Positions 1-10,063 of a stretch of 64,000 bases of DNA are shown here, piece after piece. The number at the start of each line of letters is the position of its first letter. The stretch's first letter is position 1. Under the pieces are notes generated by a model. That model had not been told where the DNA came from, made no database searches, and worked only from the letters and a program-made list of their open reading frames with translations. This DNA is from an uncultured Arcobacter sp. (GTDB lineage Bacteria; Campylobacterota; Campylobacteria; Campylobacterales; Arcobacteraceae). The translations under genes and the position numbers were made by a program. The DNA is taken from contig OZ223300.1 of NCBI GenBank assembly GCA_965140705.1, forward strand, positions 1,504,001-1,568,000, given 5' to 3'.

Positions 1-1098
1 TTGGATGAAAAGATGCTTTTATATCTTGATTTATATAATTTAGATCCAAAAGATGAATATGAAAAGAAAATAAATTTTTTAGATAGTGAGAAAAAAGACT
101 TTAATATGGTTTTAGAGATTTTATCTACTACTAGTGAAGTTTATACAAGAAAAATTGAACAAGTTGTTTTAGAAACAGATAGTCAAATAGCAGAACAAAT
201 CTCAAAATCATTTATTATTTTTTCTATAATTGCAGTTGTTTTTATATTTTCATTTTTAGTAAAACTTGCCCTTAAAAAGTATTTTTCTCAAAATGAAAAC
301 TTTTATATGGCAAATAAAGTTATTAACTTTATTTTAGTTCTTTTGATTGTATTGATTGTACTTTTTTCATATATTGATAATGTCTCTTATGTGATTACTA
401 TCTTAGGGTTTGCATCAGCAGGTATTGCTATTGCTTTAAAAGATTGGTTTATGTCTATTTTTGGATGGATGGTAATAGTTACTTCTGGTTCTATTCAAGT
501 GGGAGATAGAATAAAAGTTACAAGAGGTGGTGTTGAAGCAGTTGGGGATGTACTTGATATCTCTTTATTTAAAATAACTATTAGAGAAGATATTACTTTA
601 ACTTCTTACAAAGTGAATAGAAGAACAGGAAGAATATTTTTTATACCAAATAACTATGTTTTTTCTGAAATGATTGCTAACTATACCCACTCAGGACTAA
701 GAACAGTTTGGGATGGGATTGATATTACAATTACTTTTGATTCAAACTATAAAAAAGCACAGCATATTGCAAAAGAGATATTAAAACATTATTCAAAAGG
801 TTATACAGATATTACAAGAAAACAGTTATCTAAAATGAGAAATAAATATAATCTAAGAGCAACAGGAGTTGAACCTAGAGTTTATACTTTTGTTGAGCCT
901 TATGGAATTGTTATCTCTTCTTGGTATCTTACAAACTCTTATGCTGCACTAGTTTTAAGAAGTACAATGTCTCCAGAAATATTACAGGCATTTATGGCAG
1001 AGGATGATATTACAATAGCTTATCCTACACAACAAATTAATTTAGGGTCGAACCAAACAGAACGAGTTCCCCCAGCAGATTTACCAGAGGTTCTATAA
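1..1098 (+). CDS. MscS-family mechanosensitive channel, large form (5'-truncated by window edge)
   Basis: TM helices, then GFASAGIAIALKD...IQVGDRI...IPNN MscS signature; ORF open from base 1. Confidence 0.85.
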   Translation: MDEKMLLYLDLYNLDPKDEYEKKINFLDSEKKDFNMVLEILSTTSEVYTRKIEQVVLETDSQIAEQISKSFIIFSIIAVVFIFSFLVKLALKKYFSQNENFYMANKVINFILVLLIVLIVLFSYIDNVSYVITILGFASAGIAIALKDWFMSIFGWMVIVTSGSIQVGDRIKVTRGGVEAVGDVLDISLFKITIREDITLTSYKVNRRTGRIFFIPNNYVFSEMIANYTHSGLRTVWDGIDITITFDSNYKKAQHIAKEILKHYSKGYTDITRKQLSKMRNKYNLRATGVEPRVYTFVEPYGIVISSWYLTNSYAALVLRSTMSPEILQAFMAEDDITIAYPTQQINLGSNQTERVPPADLPEVL

Positions 1099-1101
1099 AA
1101 T

Positions 1102-2367
1102 ATGAATTTTACAAATACAAAACCAAAAGTTTATTTTAAAACCTTTGGTTGCAGAACAAATGTTTTTGATACTCAAGTTATGATGAGTAATCTAAAAGAT
1201 TTTGAAATTACACAAAATGAAAAAGAGGCAAATGTAGTTGTTATCAACTCATGTACTGTTACAAATAGTGCAGATAGTACAGCAAGAGGTTATATAAACT
1301 CATTAAACAAACTTCCAAATAAACCAAGGGTTGTTTTCACAGGTTGTGGAGTTTGGACAAAGGGTGAGACTCTTTTCAAAGAAGATAAAGTTGATTCTTT
1401 ATTTGGACATAGTGAAAAAGAGAATATCAATGAACTTCTTAAAAATGAAGAACGATTTTTTAATGCTGGTGATTTAGAACATATTGATGAAACTATTGTT
1501 GAAGAGTTTGTAGGTAAAAGTAGAGCCTTTATCAAAATACAAGAGGGATGTGATTTTAGATGTTCATATTGCATTATTCCTTACGTAAGAGGAGATGCTA
1601 GAAGTTATGATGAAGATAAAATCTTAGAACAAATTACAACACTAGCAAGTAATGGTTTTGGGGAGTTTATTTTAACTGGTACAAATGTTGGCTCTTATGG
1701 TAAGAAAAAACATACTTCATTGGCTAAACTTCTTAAAAAAATCTCTTTAATCAAAGGTGTTAGAAGAATTAGAATGGGAAGTATAGAACCTATTCAAATA
1801 GACGATGAGTTTAAAGAGATAATTGATGAACCTTTTATGGCAAGACATTTACATATCGCACTTCAACATACTTCTAAAAAGATGCTTGATATTATGAATA
1901 GAAGAAATAAAGTTTTAAAAGACCTTGAGCTTTTTGAATTTCTAAAAGAGAAAGGATATGCTCTTGGAACAGATTTTATTGTAGGTCATCCAGGTGAAAC
2001 TGATGAGTTATGGAAAGAGGCTGTTGAAAACTTACATAGATTTCCTTTAACCCATGTTCATGCCTTTACTTATTCAAAAAGGGATGGAACGCCAAGTGCT
2101 ACTATGAGAGAGCAAGTAAAAGGTGATATAGCAAAAACTAGATATAATGAACTTATTTCAATCATAGATGAAAAGAATTTTAATTTTAGAAAAAACAATA
2201 AAACTACTTTAGAAGTTCTAATTGAACAAGAAAAAAATGGTAAATATATAGGATTAGATCAATACTTTAATCAAATAGAAATCCAAAGTGATGCTGATTT
2301 GGTTGGAGATTGGGTTTTTATAGAGAATTATGAAGCAAAGGATAAAATCAATGTTGCAAAATTCTAA
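1102..2367 (+). CDS. mtaB: tRNA (t6A37) methylthiotransferase MtaB, radical SAM
   Basis: N-terminal FKTFGCRTN, INSCTVT, TGC (UPF0004 cysteines); CDFRCSYC radical-SAM motif; HAFTYSKRDGT. Confidence 0.9.
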   Translation: MNFTNTKPKVYFKTFGCRTNVFDTQVMMSNLKDFEITQNEKEANVVVINSCTVTNSADSTARGYINSLNKLPNKPRVVFTGCGVWTKGETLFKEDKVDSLFGHSEKENINELLKNEERFFNAGDLEHIDETIVEEFVGKSRAFIKIQEGCDFRCSYCIIPYVRGDARSYDEDKILEQITTLASNGFGEFILTGTNVGSYGKKKHTSLAKLLKKISLIKGVRRIRMGSIEPIQIDDEFKEIIDEPFMARHLHIALQHTSKKMLDIMNRRNKVLKDLELFEFLKEKGYALGTDFIVGHPGETDELWKEAVENLHRFPLTHVHAFTYSKRDGTPSATMREQVKGDIAKTRYNELISIIDEKNFNFRKNNKTTLEVLIEQEKNGKYIGLDQYFNQIEIQSDADLVGDWVFIENYEAKDKINVAKF

Positions 2368-3832
2368 TGATTTAAAAAATAATAGAGATAAAAACTTAAA
2401 ATTGATGCTTTTATCAGGTATAGCTTTAGTTGTACTATTTTTTTATACTATTTATAAAAGTTCTTCATATATACAAACTAGTACTTATAGTTTTGGTTTA
2501 GTTTTTATTGTATTTCTTCTAGTTTTTGCAATAGTTGCAAGATTAAAAAGAGATAAGATACAAGAATTTATTAATAAAAATAAAGTAAAAAATTCAATTT
2601 TTGCACAAGAACTTGAAAAAAGAAAAGCTGTGAATGAAGAAGTCCCAAATGAAGAGAACTCTCATATTGAAGTTGTAAAACCAAATACTACTTTTAAAGA
2701 TGTGGCAGGTATTGCACAAGTAAAAGAAGAACTAGAAGAGATAGTGGAGTTTTTACATAATCCCAAAAAATATTTTAAATATGGAGTTAAATTACCAAAA
2801 GGTGTTTTACTTTATGGGCCTCCAGGTGTGGGTAAAACTTTGATAGCAAGAGCAGTTGCTGGTGAAGCAAATGTCCCATTTTTTTATCAAAGTGGTGCAA
2901 GCTTTGTACAAATATATGTGGGAATGGGTGCAAAAAAAGTACGTGAACTTTTTGCAAAAGCAAAGGTAAATGCACCCTCTATAATTTTTATAGATGAAAT
3001 TGATGCTATAGGAAAAGAGCGAGGTGGAAAATCAAATGATGAGAGAGAATCAACACTAAATGAACTTCTAACTCAAATGGATGGATTTGAAGGTGATAAT
3101 GGTGTAATAGTAATAGCTGCAACTAATAAAATAGAAGTACTTGATGATGCACTTTTAAGAGCAGGTAGATTTGATAGAAGAGTTAAATTATCACTTCCAA
3201 ATATAAATGATAGAAAAGAGATTTTAAAGCTATATTTAAAATCTATCAAACACAATATTGATGTGGAAACATTAAGCACAAATCTTTCTGGATTTTCTTC
3301 TGCTTCTATTTCAACACTTATAAATGAAGCTATGTTATACATGATAAAATCTGATGATAAGATACTTGAAGAAAAACACATAGAAATTGCAAAAAATAAA
3401 TTAGAATTTGGTAAAAAAGAGAATTTTATTTTATCAGATAATGAAAAAGAGGTTTTATCTATTTATCAAGCTTCAAAAGCTTTTATTACAAAACAAAAAG
3501 TTTCACTTTTTGATGAAAATAGTACAAAATTAAATAGTGTATTTCCTTCAAAAAATCAGTTAAAAAATGAACTAAAAAAATATCTAGCTGGAAGTATTGG
3601 AATCGAAGTATTAAAAGATGAACAGTACGCTATTTTTGAAGAAGATTTAGAAAAAGCAAATAAATTAGCTAAAGAGATGGTTGAAAAATTTGCAATGGCT
3701 AGAGAAAGTAAAGAGTTAATTGACCAAACTAAAGTTGAATTAAAAACTATTTTTGATGAAAACTATGAAGAAATAACTAGATTATCAAAAATTATGATAG
3801 AAAATGAAGTAATAGAAGAAAATGAAATCTAA
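2351..3832 (+). CDS. FtsH-like membrane AAA+ ATPase lacking the HEXXH protease motif
   Basis: Two N-terminal TMs, GPPGVGKT, IIFIDEID, LLRAGRFDR; SIYQASK in place of HEAGH; start placed at ATG 2351 (track 2330). Confidence 0.85.
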   Translation: MLQNSNDLKNNRDKNLKLMLLSGIALVVLFFYTIYKSSSYIQTSTYSFGLVFIVFLLVFAIVARLKRDKIQEFINKNKVKNSIFAQELEKRKAVNEEVPNEENSHIEVVKPNTTFKDVAGIAQVKEELEEIVEFLHNPKKYFKYGVKLPKGVLLYGPPGVGKTLIARAVAGEANVPFFYQSGASFVQIYVGMGAKKVRELFAKAKVNAPSIIFIDEIDAIGKERGGKSNDERESTLNELLTQMDGFEGDNGVIVIAATNKIEVLDDALLRAGRFDRRVKLSLPNINDRKEILKLYLKSIKHNIDVETLSTNLSGFSSASISTLINEAMLYMIKSDDKILEEKHIEIAKNKLEFGKKENFILSDNEKEVLSIYQASKAFITKQKVSLFDENSTKLNSVFPSKNQLKNELKKYLAGSIGIEVLKDEQYAIFEEDLEKANKLAKEMVEKFAMARESKELIDQTKVELKTIFDENYEEITRLSKIMIENEVIEENEI

Positions 3833-4343
3833 TTACTTTAGTGGTTTTTGTTTAAATAATGAGAAAGAACTCTTTTGTGACTATTTAATAGAGAATGATT
3901 TTACACTTTCTGGCTTTTCATATGGAGCTATAAAGGCATTTGAAGAGGCTTTAAATAGTGATAAAAGAGTTGATCTGCTTCAACTCTTTTCCCCTGCATT
4001 TTTTCAAACTCAGAGTGAAAAGTTTGTAAGAATGCAATTAATGTTTTTCAAAAAAGACTCAAAGAGTTATTGTGAAAATTTCTTAAAAAATATATCTTAT
4101 CCTTCAAATATTGATGTAACAAGATATTTTAAAGAAGGTTCCTATGAAGAATTACAAACTCTTCTTACTTATAAGTGGAGTGAAGAGAAGATAAATCAGC
4201 TTTTAGAAAAAGGAACTAAAATAGAAGTTTATTTAGGTAAAGAAGATAAAATAATAGACTCAAAAAAAGCCTATGAATTTTTTAAAGATTTTTCAACTGT
4301 TTATTTTATGAAAAATTATGGACATATTTTAAAAGGATTGTGA
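3822..4343 (+). CDS. bioV: pimeloyl-ACP methyl ester esterase BioV
   Basis: FSGFCL start, GFSYG nucleophile elbow, LQLFSPAFF, C-terminal GHIL; context typical of Campylobacterota. Confidence 0.8.
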   Translation: MKSNYFSGFCLNNEKELFCDYLIENDFTLSGFSYGAIKAFEEALNSDKRVDLLQLFSPAFFQTQSEKFVRMQLMFFKKDSKSYCENFLKNISYPSNIDVTRYFKEGSYEELQTLLTYKWSEEKINQLLEKGTKIEVYLGKEDKIIDSKKAYEFFKDFSTVYFMKNYGHILKGL

Positions 4344-4873
4344 TGATAGCAAAAATAGGTATTGTAACTGCAAGTGATAGGGCAAGTAAAGGTATATATG
4401 AGGATTTATCTGGACAAGCTATTATTGATACATTAAATGAGTACTTAACTAGTAAATGGGAACCGGTATATAAATGTATTGAAGATAACCAAGAGACAAT
4501 AGAAAATACACTAAAAGAGCTAGTTGATAATGAAAACTGTTGTTTAGTTGTAACAACTGGTGGAACAGGACCTGCTAAAAGGGATGTTACTCCAGAAGCT
4601 ACAGAAAATGTATGTGATAGAATGATGCCAGGTTTTGGAGAACTTATGCGTGCAGAGTCTTTAAAGTTTGTCCCAACAGCAATTTTATCAAGACAAACAG
4701 CAGGACTTCGAGGTAGCTCTTTAATTGTAAATCTTCCAGGAAAACCAAAATCTATAAGAGAGTGTTTAGATGCAGTATTTCCAGCAATTCCATATTGTAT
4801 TGATTTGATGGAAGGACCTTTTTTAGAGTGTAATGAAGAGGTTATTAAACCATTTAGACCAAAACAAAAATAA
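4340..4873 (+). CDS. mog: molybdopterin adenylyltransferase Mog
   Basis: SDRAS.G.YED.SG, TTGGTGPAKRDVTPEAT, NLPGKPKSI. Confidence 0.93.
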   Translation: MMIAKIGIVTASDRASKGIYEDLSGQAIIDTLNEYLTSKWEPVYKCIEDNQETIENTLKELVDNENCCLVVTTGGTGPAKRDVTPEATENVCDRMMPGFGELMRAESLKFVPTAILSRQTAGLRGSSLIVNLPGKPKSIRECLDAVFPAIPYCIDLMEGPFLECNEEVIKPFRPKQK

Positions 4874-4888
4874 CGTATAAGGGAAAAA

Positions 4889-6223
4889 ATGAAAAAAATC
4901 ATTATAACAATTGGTTTATCAGCAATTTTGTTTTATCTTTTGAGTTTCTATTTTTCAACTCAACATGCAACCTTAATCTCTATAATATTTTTACTTGTAG
5001 TATTATGGTCAAATGAGGGCTTAGCTTTAGGAGTTGTATCATTATTGCCTATTTTACTTTTTCCATCTTTTGATATATTAAGTACCAATGAAACAGTTTC
5101 CAATTATTCCAAATCAATAATTTTTCTGTTTTTAGGTGGTTTTATGATAGCAATTGCTACTCAAAAAACAGAGCTACATAAATATATTTCAAACAAACTT
5201 TTAACACTTTTTCCAAATACCCCAAGGGGAATTATTTTTTCACTTGCTATTACTTCTGCTTGTTTAAGTTCACTTATTTCAAATACTACAACTGCACTTT
5301 TATTGATTCCAATTGCTATATATCTAAGTGACGATGTAAAAGTTAGACTTAGATTTGTATTAGCTATTGCGTATGGAGCAAGTATTGGGGGAATTGTTAC
5401 TCCAATAGGAACTCCACCAAATCTTATTCTTTTAGGTTTTATGGAACAACATCACCTTGAAGCAATACCTTTTGTTAAATGGATAGTATTAACAGCTCCA
5501 TTAGCAATGGCAATGTTAATAGTGATTCCTTATGTTTTATCAATAGGGTTAAAAAATTCTGTTATTGATGCTAGTTTACATAAAGTTAAACCTTTAACTA
5601 GCGATCAAAAAAGATTGATATATATTCTTGGGTCTTTAATCATTTTATTGTTTGTAAATTCAAAAATAGAGCCTTATTATATGGGATTAGGTCTAAATGA
5701 AAAAGGAATACTTCTTGGTTATGGACTTTTGATGTTTTTACCAAGAATTGGTTTTTTAACTTGGGATGATACTGTAAAAGTTCCATATGAAATTATGTTC
5801 TTATTTGGCGCAGGTTTTTCTATTGCTATGGCATTTTCGAAAACAGGTTTAGCTGATGTTATTGCACATCATTTATTATCCTTAACAGGATTGCCTGTAG
5901 TTGTATTAATACTCTTAGTAGCTGCTTTAGTCACATTTACTACAGAGATTACCTCAAATACTGCTTTAATATCTGTTGTTCTTCCTATTCTTTATTCACT
6001 TGGTGATGTAGGAGGAGTTGATTTAGCACTAATTTTATTCGTAGCAACTATTTGTGCTTCTTATGCCTTTATGTTGCCGATTGCAACGCCTCCAAATGCT
6101 ATAGCCATGAGTAGTGGAGTAGTAAAAGTAAGTGATATGGCAAAATATGGATTGATTTTTAATATTTTAGGTATAGTCTTTATTACAATTATTGCTATGG
6201 TTTATTGGCAATATAGTATATAG
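4889..6223 (+). CDS. SLC13/DASS sodium:dicarboxylate/sulfate symporter
   Basis: ISNTTT, TPIGTPPNL, TSNTA, FMLPIATPPNA motifs; many TMs. Confidence 0.88.
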   Translation: MKKIIITIGLSAILFYLLSFYFSTQHATLISIIFLLVVLWSNEGLALGVVSLLPILLFPSFDILSTNETVSNYSKSIIFLFLGGFMIAIATQKTELHKYISNKLLTLFPNTPRGIIFSLAITSACLSSLISNTTTALLLIPIAIYLSDDVKVRLRFVLAIAYGASIGGIVTPIGTPPNLILLGFMEQHHLEAIPFVKWIVLTAPLAMAMLIVIPYVLSIGLKNSVIDASLHKVKPLTSDQKRLIYILGSLIILLFVNSKIEPYYMGLGLNEKGILLGYGLLMFLPRIGFLTWDDTVKVPYEIMFLFGAGFSIAMAFSKTGLADVIAHHLLSLTGLPVVVLILLVAALVTFTTEITSNTALISVVLPILYSLGDVGGVDLALILFVATICASYAFMLPIATPPNAIAMSSGVVKVSDMAKYGLIFNILGIVFITIIAMVYWQYSI

Positions 6224-6278
6224 CTTCACAATTAATTAACAATAACATGTTAATATCTATAAAATTTAGGAGAATAGA

Positions 6279-7010
6279 ATGAAAAAGATTTTTAAAATGA
6301 TGCTTTTATTTAGTATGTTAATTTCATTGAATACCTTTGCATCAACAGAATTAAGTAAGAGTGAGGTTAATGAAATAGGTAAGCTTCCAATATTTTTTGG
6401 TTCAGGAATGAAAGTATTAAAAGCATATAAAGAGGATAATTTTTACCTTTTAAGAGTAAATATTCAAGAAAATATTCAAGAGTTAGTTTTAACTGCTGAT
6501 AAGAAATATTTAATAGCAGGTAAAATTTATAATGTTCTAAATGGTGAACAAGTTTCAATACCTAATGATGTGTCGATTTTAAAAGATAAAGAAATTTTAA
6601 CTTATGGTACAGGGAAAGATGTTTATTATCTATTTACAGATCCTGAATGTCCATATTGTAAAAAATTTGAATCATATTTTGATCAAATTAAAAATGATGT
6701 TCAATTCAAAATTTATCTTTTTCCTTTGAGTTTTCACAAAGATGCAATACCTTTATCTAAGTATATTTTATCATTTAAAACAAATAAGGATAGAGTAAAT
6801 GCACTATTGAATGTAACCCCTAATACAAAAGAGTTTTTGGATAAAAAATTTACTAAAGCACAAGATGAAGCTTTAACAAATGTAATTAATGCTCAAATGA
6901 AATTAGGAGAAAAGTTAGGTGTAAGAGGAACTCCAACATTATATGATATACATGGAAAAGCACTTTCATGGGTAAAAGTTTTAGAAAGATATGGAGTAGA
7001 AGTTAAATAA
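6279..7010 (+). CDS. DsbC/DsbG-family periplasmic thiol:disulfide isomerase
   Basis: Signal peptide, FTDPECPYC, GVRGTPT cis-Pro loop. Confidence 0.85.
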   Translation: MKKIFKMMLLFSMLISLNTFASTELSKSEVNEIGKLPIFFGSGMKVLKAYKEDNFYLLRVNIQENIQELVLTADKKYLIAGKIYNVLNGEQVSIPNDVSILKDKEILTYGTGKDVYYLFTDPECPYCKKFESYFDQIKNDVQFKIYLFPLSFHKDAIPLSKYILSFKTNKDRVNALLNVTPNTKEFLDKKFTKAQDEALTNVINAQMKLGEKLGVRGTPTLYDIHGKALSWVKVLERYGVEVK

Positions 7011-7013
7011 TAT

Positions 7014-9215
7014 ATGCAAGAGATATTTAAAAAATTAGATTTAGAAGAGTATTTATTAAAATTTTCAAAACTAATGGCAAGAGAAAAGTCAATTGTTTTA
7101 GAAGGAGATATAAATTTACACTATAGACTTATAAATGAATTAAGTAAATATGAATTAAAAGAGCCAGAAAAAGTTGTAAATCTTGATGATAAGATAGTGC
7201 ATATCCAAAAACAAGGTACTTTAAGAGTTGAAGATATTTATGAATTTATAAAGATAATTAAATATTTTCTTTATCTAAAAAGATTTACTTTTGAGGGGAA
7301 ACTTTCTGAATGGATAGATAAAATATTAATTCCACTAGATATTGAAAAAATAGTTGATTATTTTGATTCTAAGGGTAATTTAAAAGATGGAATTGATAAA
7401 GATTTAGACATGATAAAAGATGCTCTTTATAGAAATAAAGAGTCCATAAAACAAGCACTTCATAAATCTATAAATAATAGTAAACTAAGACCATATTTAG
7501 TTGATTCACAAGTGCATTATGTAAATTCTGAAGAGACTTTATTAGTACGTGGTGGTTTTAATAATATTATTAAAGCAACTGTTGTGCATAGATCTAGTTC
7601 TGGATTTTTCTATATTTTGCCACACTCTATTTCTGAACTCAAACAAAAAGAATCAGATCTTAAAAATAAACAAGAAGAAGTTTTACTAAAGGTTTGTAAA
7701 AGTATCTCTTCAACCTTTGAAAAGAATTTGCTTTTTCTAAAATTTGTAAATAAAGAGTTTGATAGAATTGACCACTATATTTCAAGATTATTTTTTGCAA
7801 AAATTGATGATAAGAATTTTATTATTCCCTCAAAAAATGGTAAAAATATTTTAAAAGAGTTTGTTCATCCAGCACTTCATGGGGGAAAACCTATCTCTAT
7901 TGATTTTTCAAAATCAGTTATTATGATTACAGGGGTAAATGCAGGTGGAAAGACAATGATGCTTAAATCGATTCTTTCTGCTGTTCTTATGTCAAAGTAT
8001 TTGATACCTTACAAGGCAAGCGAACACTCTTCTATAGGATATTTTAAAAATGCTTTAGCAGTTTTAGATGACCCTCAAAGTGTAAAAAATGATATTTCTA
8101 CTTTTGCAGGTAGAATGGTAGAATTTTCAAAACTTTTTACGCAAAAAGATGTGATAGTTGGAGTTGATGAAATAGAACTTGGAACAGATTCAGATGAAGC
8201 GGCAAGTTTATTTAAAGTAATCATTGAAGAGTTGATTGAAAAAAACATAAAAATAATAATCACAACTCACCATAAAAGATTGGCTGCGCTTATGGCTGCT
8301 AATGATAAAGTGGAACTTATAGCTGCTATTTATGATGAAGAGAATCAAAGACCAACTTATGACTTCTTACAAGGGACAATAGGGCGGTCATATGCCTTTG
8401 AAACAGCACAAAGATATGGAATTCCTATTAATGTAGTAAAAAAAGCAAAAGAAGTTTATGGTGATGATCAAGATAGATTAAATGAATTAATCGAGCGAAG
8501 TAGTGCTTTAGAGATGGAGTATCAACAAAAAATAGCTAAATTGGATATGGAAATTGATAGACATCAAAAACTAAATAAAAATTTAAAAGAAGCAAAACAA
8601 GAGCTTGATGATCATATAAATATAGAAAAATCAAAACTTCACAAAGAGTATAAAGATGCAAGAGATGAAGCTAAAAAAGCTATCAAAGCTAAGATATACC
8701 AAGAGTCTCATCAACACTTAAATATTGCACATAAAAAAGTAAAAGATATAACAGTAGAAAAAGTAGAAGAAAATTATAACTTCAAAGAAAAAGATAGGGT
8801 TAAATATAAAAGCTCAAAAGGTGAGATAATATCTGTAAGAGGTAAAAAAGCTTTAATTCTAACAGATGCTGGAATGAGATTGCATGTTAATATAGATGAA
8901 TTAAGACCTTCAGGAAATGAAGTTAAACCAAAAATTAAAAAGAAAACTACAATTAATGTAGAAAAACCCCAAGGCGGACATGTAAATATTGATTTACATG
9001 GTTTAAGAGGTGATGAAGCAGTTGAAAAGCTTGATAAGTTTATCTCAGATTGTTTGATTTCTGGTTTTGATGAAGTTTTAGTTTATCATGGTATTGGTAC
9101 AGGAAAATTATCTAAAATAGTAAAAGACTTTTTAATCAAACATCCAAATGTTAAATCATTTACTGATGCCCATCCAAGTCAAGGTGGATTTGGTGCTAAG
9201 GTTGTAAAATTATAG
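7014..9215 (+). CDS. mutS2: endonuclease MutS2
   Basis: ITGVNAGGKT, DEIELGTD, coiled coil, C-terminal Smr domain (IDLHGLR...HGIGTG...GGFGA). Confidence 0.93.
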   Translation: MQEIFKKLDLEEYLLKFSKLMAREKSIVLEGDINLHYRLINELSKYELKEPEKVVNLDDKIVHIQKQGTLRVEDIYEFIKIIKYFLYLKRFTFEGKLSEWIDKILIPLDIEKIVDYFDSKGNLKDGIDKDLDMIKDALYRNKESIKQALHKSINNSKLRPYLVDSQVHYVNSEETLLVRGGFNNIIKATVVHRSSSGFFYILPHSISELKQKESDLKNKQEEVLLKVCKSISSTFEKNLLFLKFVNKEFDRIDHYISRLFFAKIDDKNFIIPSKNGKNILKEFVHPALHGGKPISIDFSKSVIMITGVNAGGKTMMLKSILSAVLMSKYLIPYKASEHSSIGYFKNALAVLDDPQSVKNDISTFAGRMVEFSKLFTQKDVIVGVDEIELGTDSDEAASLFKVIIEELIEKNIKIIITTHHKRLAALMAANDKVELIAAIYDEENQRPTYDFLQGTIGRSYAFETAQRYGIPINVVKKAKEVYGDDQDRLNELIERSSALEMEYQQKIAKLDMEIDRHQKLNKNLKEAKQELDDHINIEKSKLHKEYKDARDEAKKAIKAKIYQESHQHLNIAHKKVKDITVEKVEENYNFKEKDRVKYKSSKGEIISVRGKKALILTDAGMRLHVNIDELRPSGNEVKPKIKKKTTINVEKPQGGHVNIDLHGLRGDEAVEKLDKFISDCLISGFDEVLVYHGIGTGKLSKIVKDFLIKHPNVKSFTDAHPSQGGFGAKVVKL

Positions 9216-9229
9216 AAAAGGTAATAGGT

Positions 9230-10048
9230 ATGGACAAAGAGCTTGAAAGTTTACAGAAGTTTTACGATGTAATTATAGAATTTTTTGTTAATTATAGTTT
9301 CCAACTAATTGGTGCAATTATCATATTCCTTTTAGGTTGGTATGTTGCAAATAAAGTTTCTGCTTTTGTTAAGAAAATTTGTGATAAAAATGAACTAGAT
9401 GTTACACTGACTAAGTTTGTTGTGAATATTATCAAGTTTTCTATCATCATTGGTGTGGGAATAGTTGCTGTTGGAAAGCTTGGAATTACTCTTACTCCTT
9501 TTATTGCTGGTATTGGTGCTGCATCTTTAGGTGCTGGCTTGGCTTTACAAGGAACACTATCTAATTATGGGGCAGGACTTTCTATTATCATAGGACGTCC
9601 TTTTGTTGTAGGTAATACTATTAGTGTAGATGGTGTTTTTGGAGTAGTAGAAGAAATTAGACTTGCACATACAATTCTTTCAACTGAAGATGGTGAAGAA
9701 ATAACTATTCCAAATAAACACATCATTGGTGAGATATTAGTTAATTCTTTTGAGTATAGAATAGTTGAATCTGTTGTTGGTATTGACTATGATTCTAAAC
9801 CTGAAGATGCAATTTCTATTATTGAAAATATTTTAAATCAATTTGATGCAGAAATTATTTCAAAAGAGGCTAAAGCTCAAGTTGGGATAAAAGAGTTTGG
9901 TGATTTTTCTATAAATATAGAGTTAAGATATTGGGCTCATACTAAACATTTTTTTGAAACTCAATACAAAGTAAATCTTGCTATTTTTAATGCTTTAAAA
10001 GAGAATAATATCAATATTCCTTTTCCAACTTATACTATTAAGAAGTAG
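9230..10048 (+). CDS. mscS: small-conductance mechanosensitive channel MscS
   Basis: GAASLGAGLALQGTLSN, RPFVVG, IPNK, IPFP. Confidence 0.88.
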   Translation: MDKELESLQKFYDVIIEFFVNYSFQLIGAIIIFLLGWYVANKVSAFVKKICDKNELDVTLTKFVVNIIKFSIIIGVGIVAVGKLGITLTPFIAGIGAASLGAGLALQGTLSNYGAGLSIIIGRPFVVGNTISVDGVFGVVEEIRLAHTILSTEDGEEITIPNKHIIGEILVNSFEYRIVESVVGIDYDSKPEDAISIIENILNQFDAEIISKEAKAQVGIKEFGDFSINIELRYWAHTKHFFETQYKVNLAIFNALKENNINIPFPTYTIKK

Positions 10049-10063
10049 TTTTTACTACTTCTT
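10040..10063. terminator. probable bidirectional intrinsic terminator overlapping two convergent stop codons
   Basis: AAGAAGTAGT-TTTT-ACTACTTCTT perfect inverted repeat followed by a T-run on +. Confidence 0.7.

Noticed and set aside
4306..4902. 198-aa antisense ORF, and similar shadow ORFs (e.g. 13354-13752, 33003-33422, 20458-20856)
   Set aside because: Antisense to well-supported genes, with no motifs or RBS; expected by-product of codon bias
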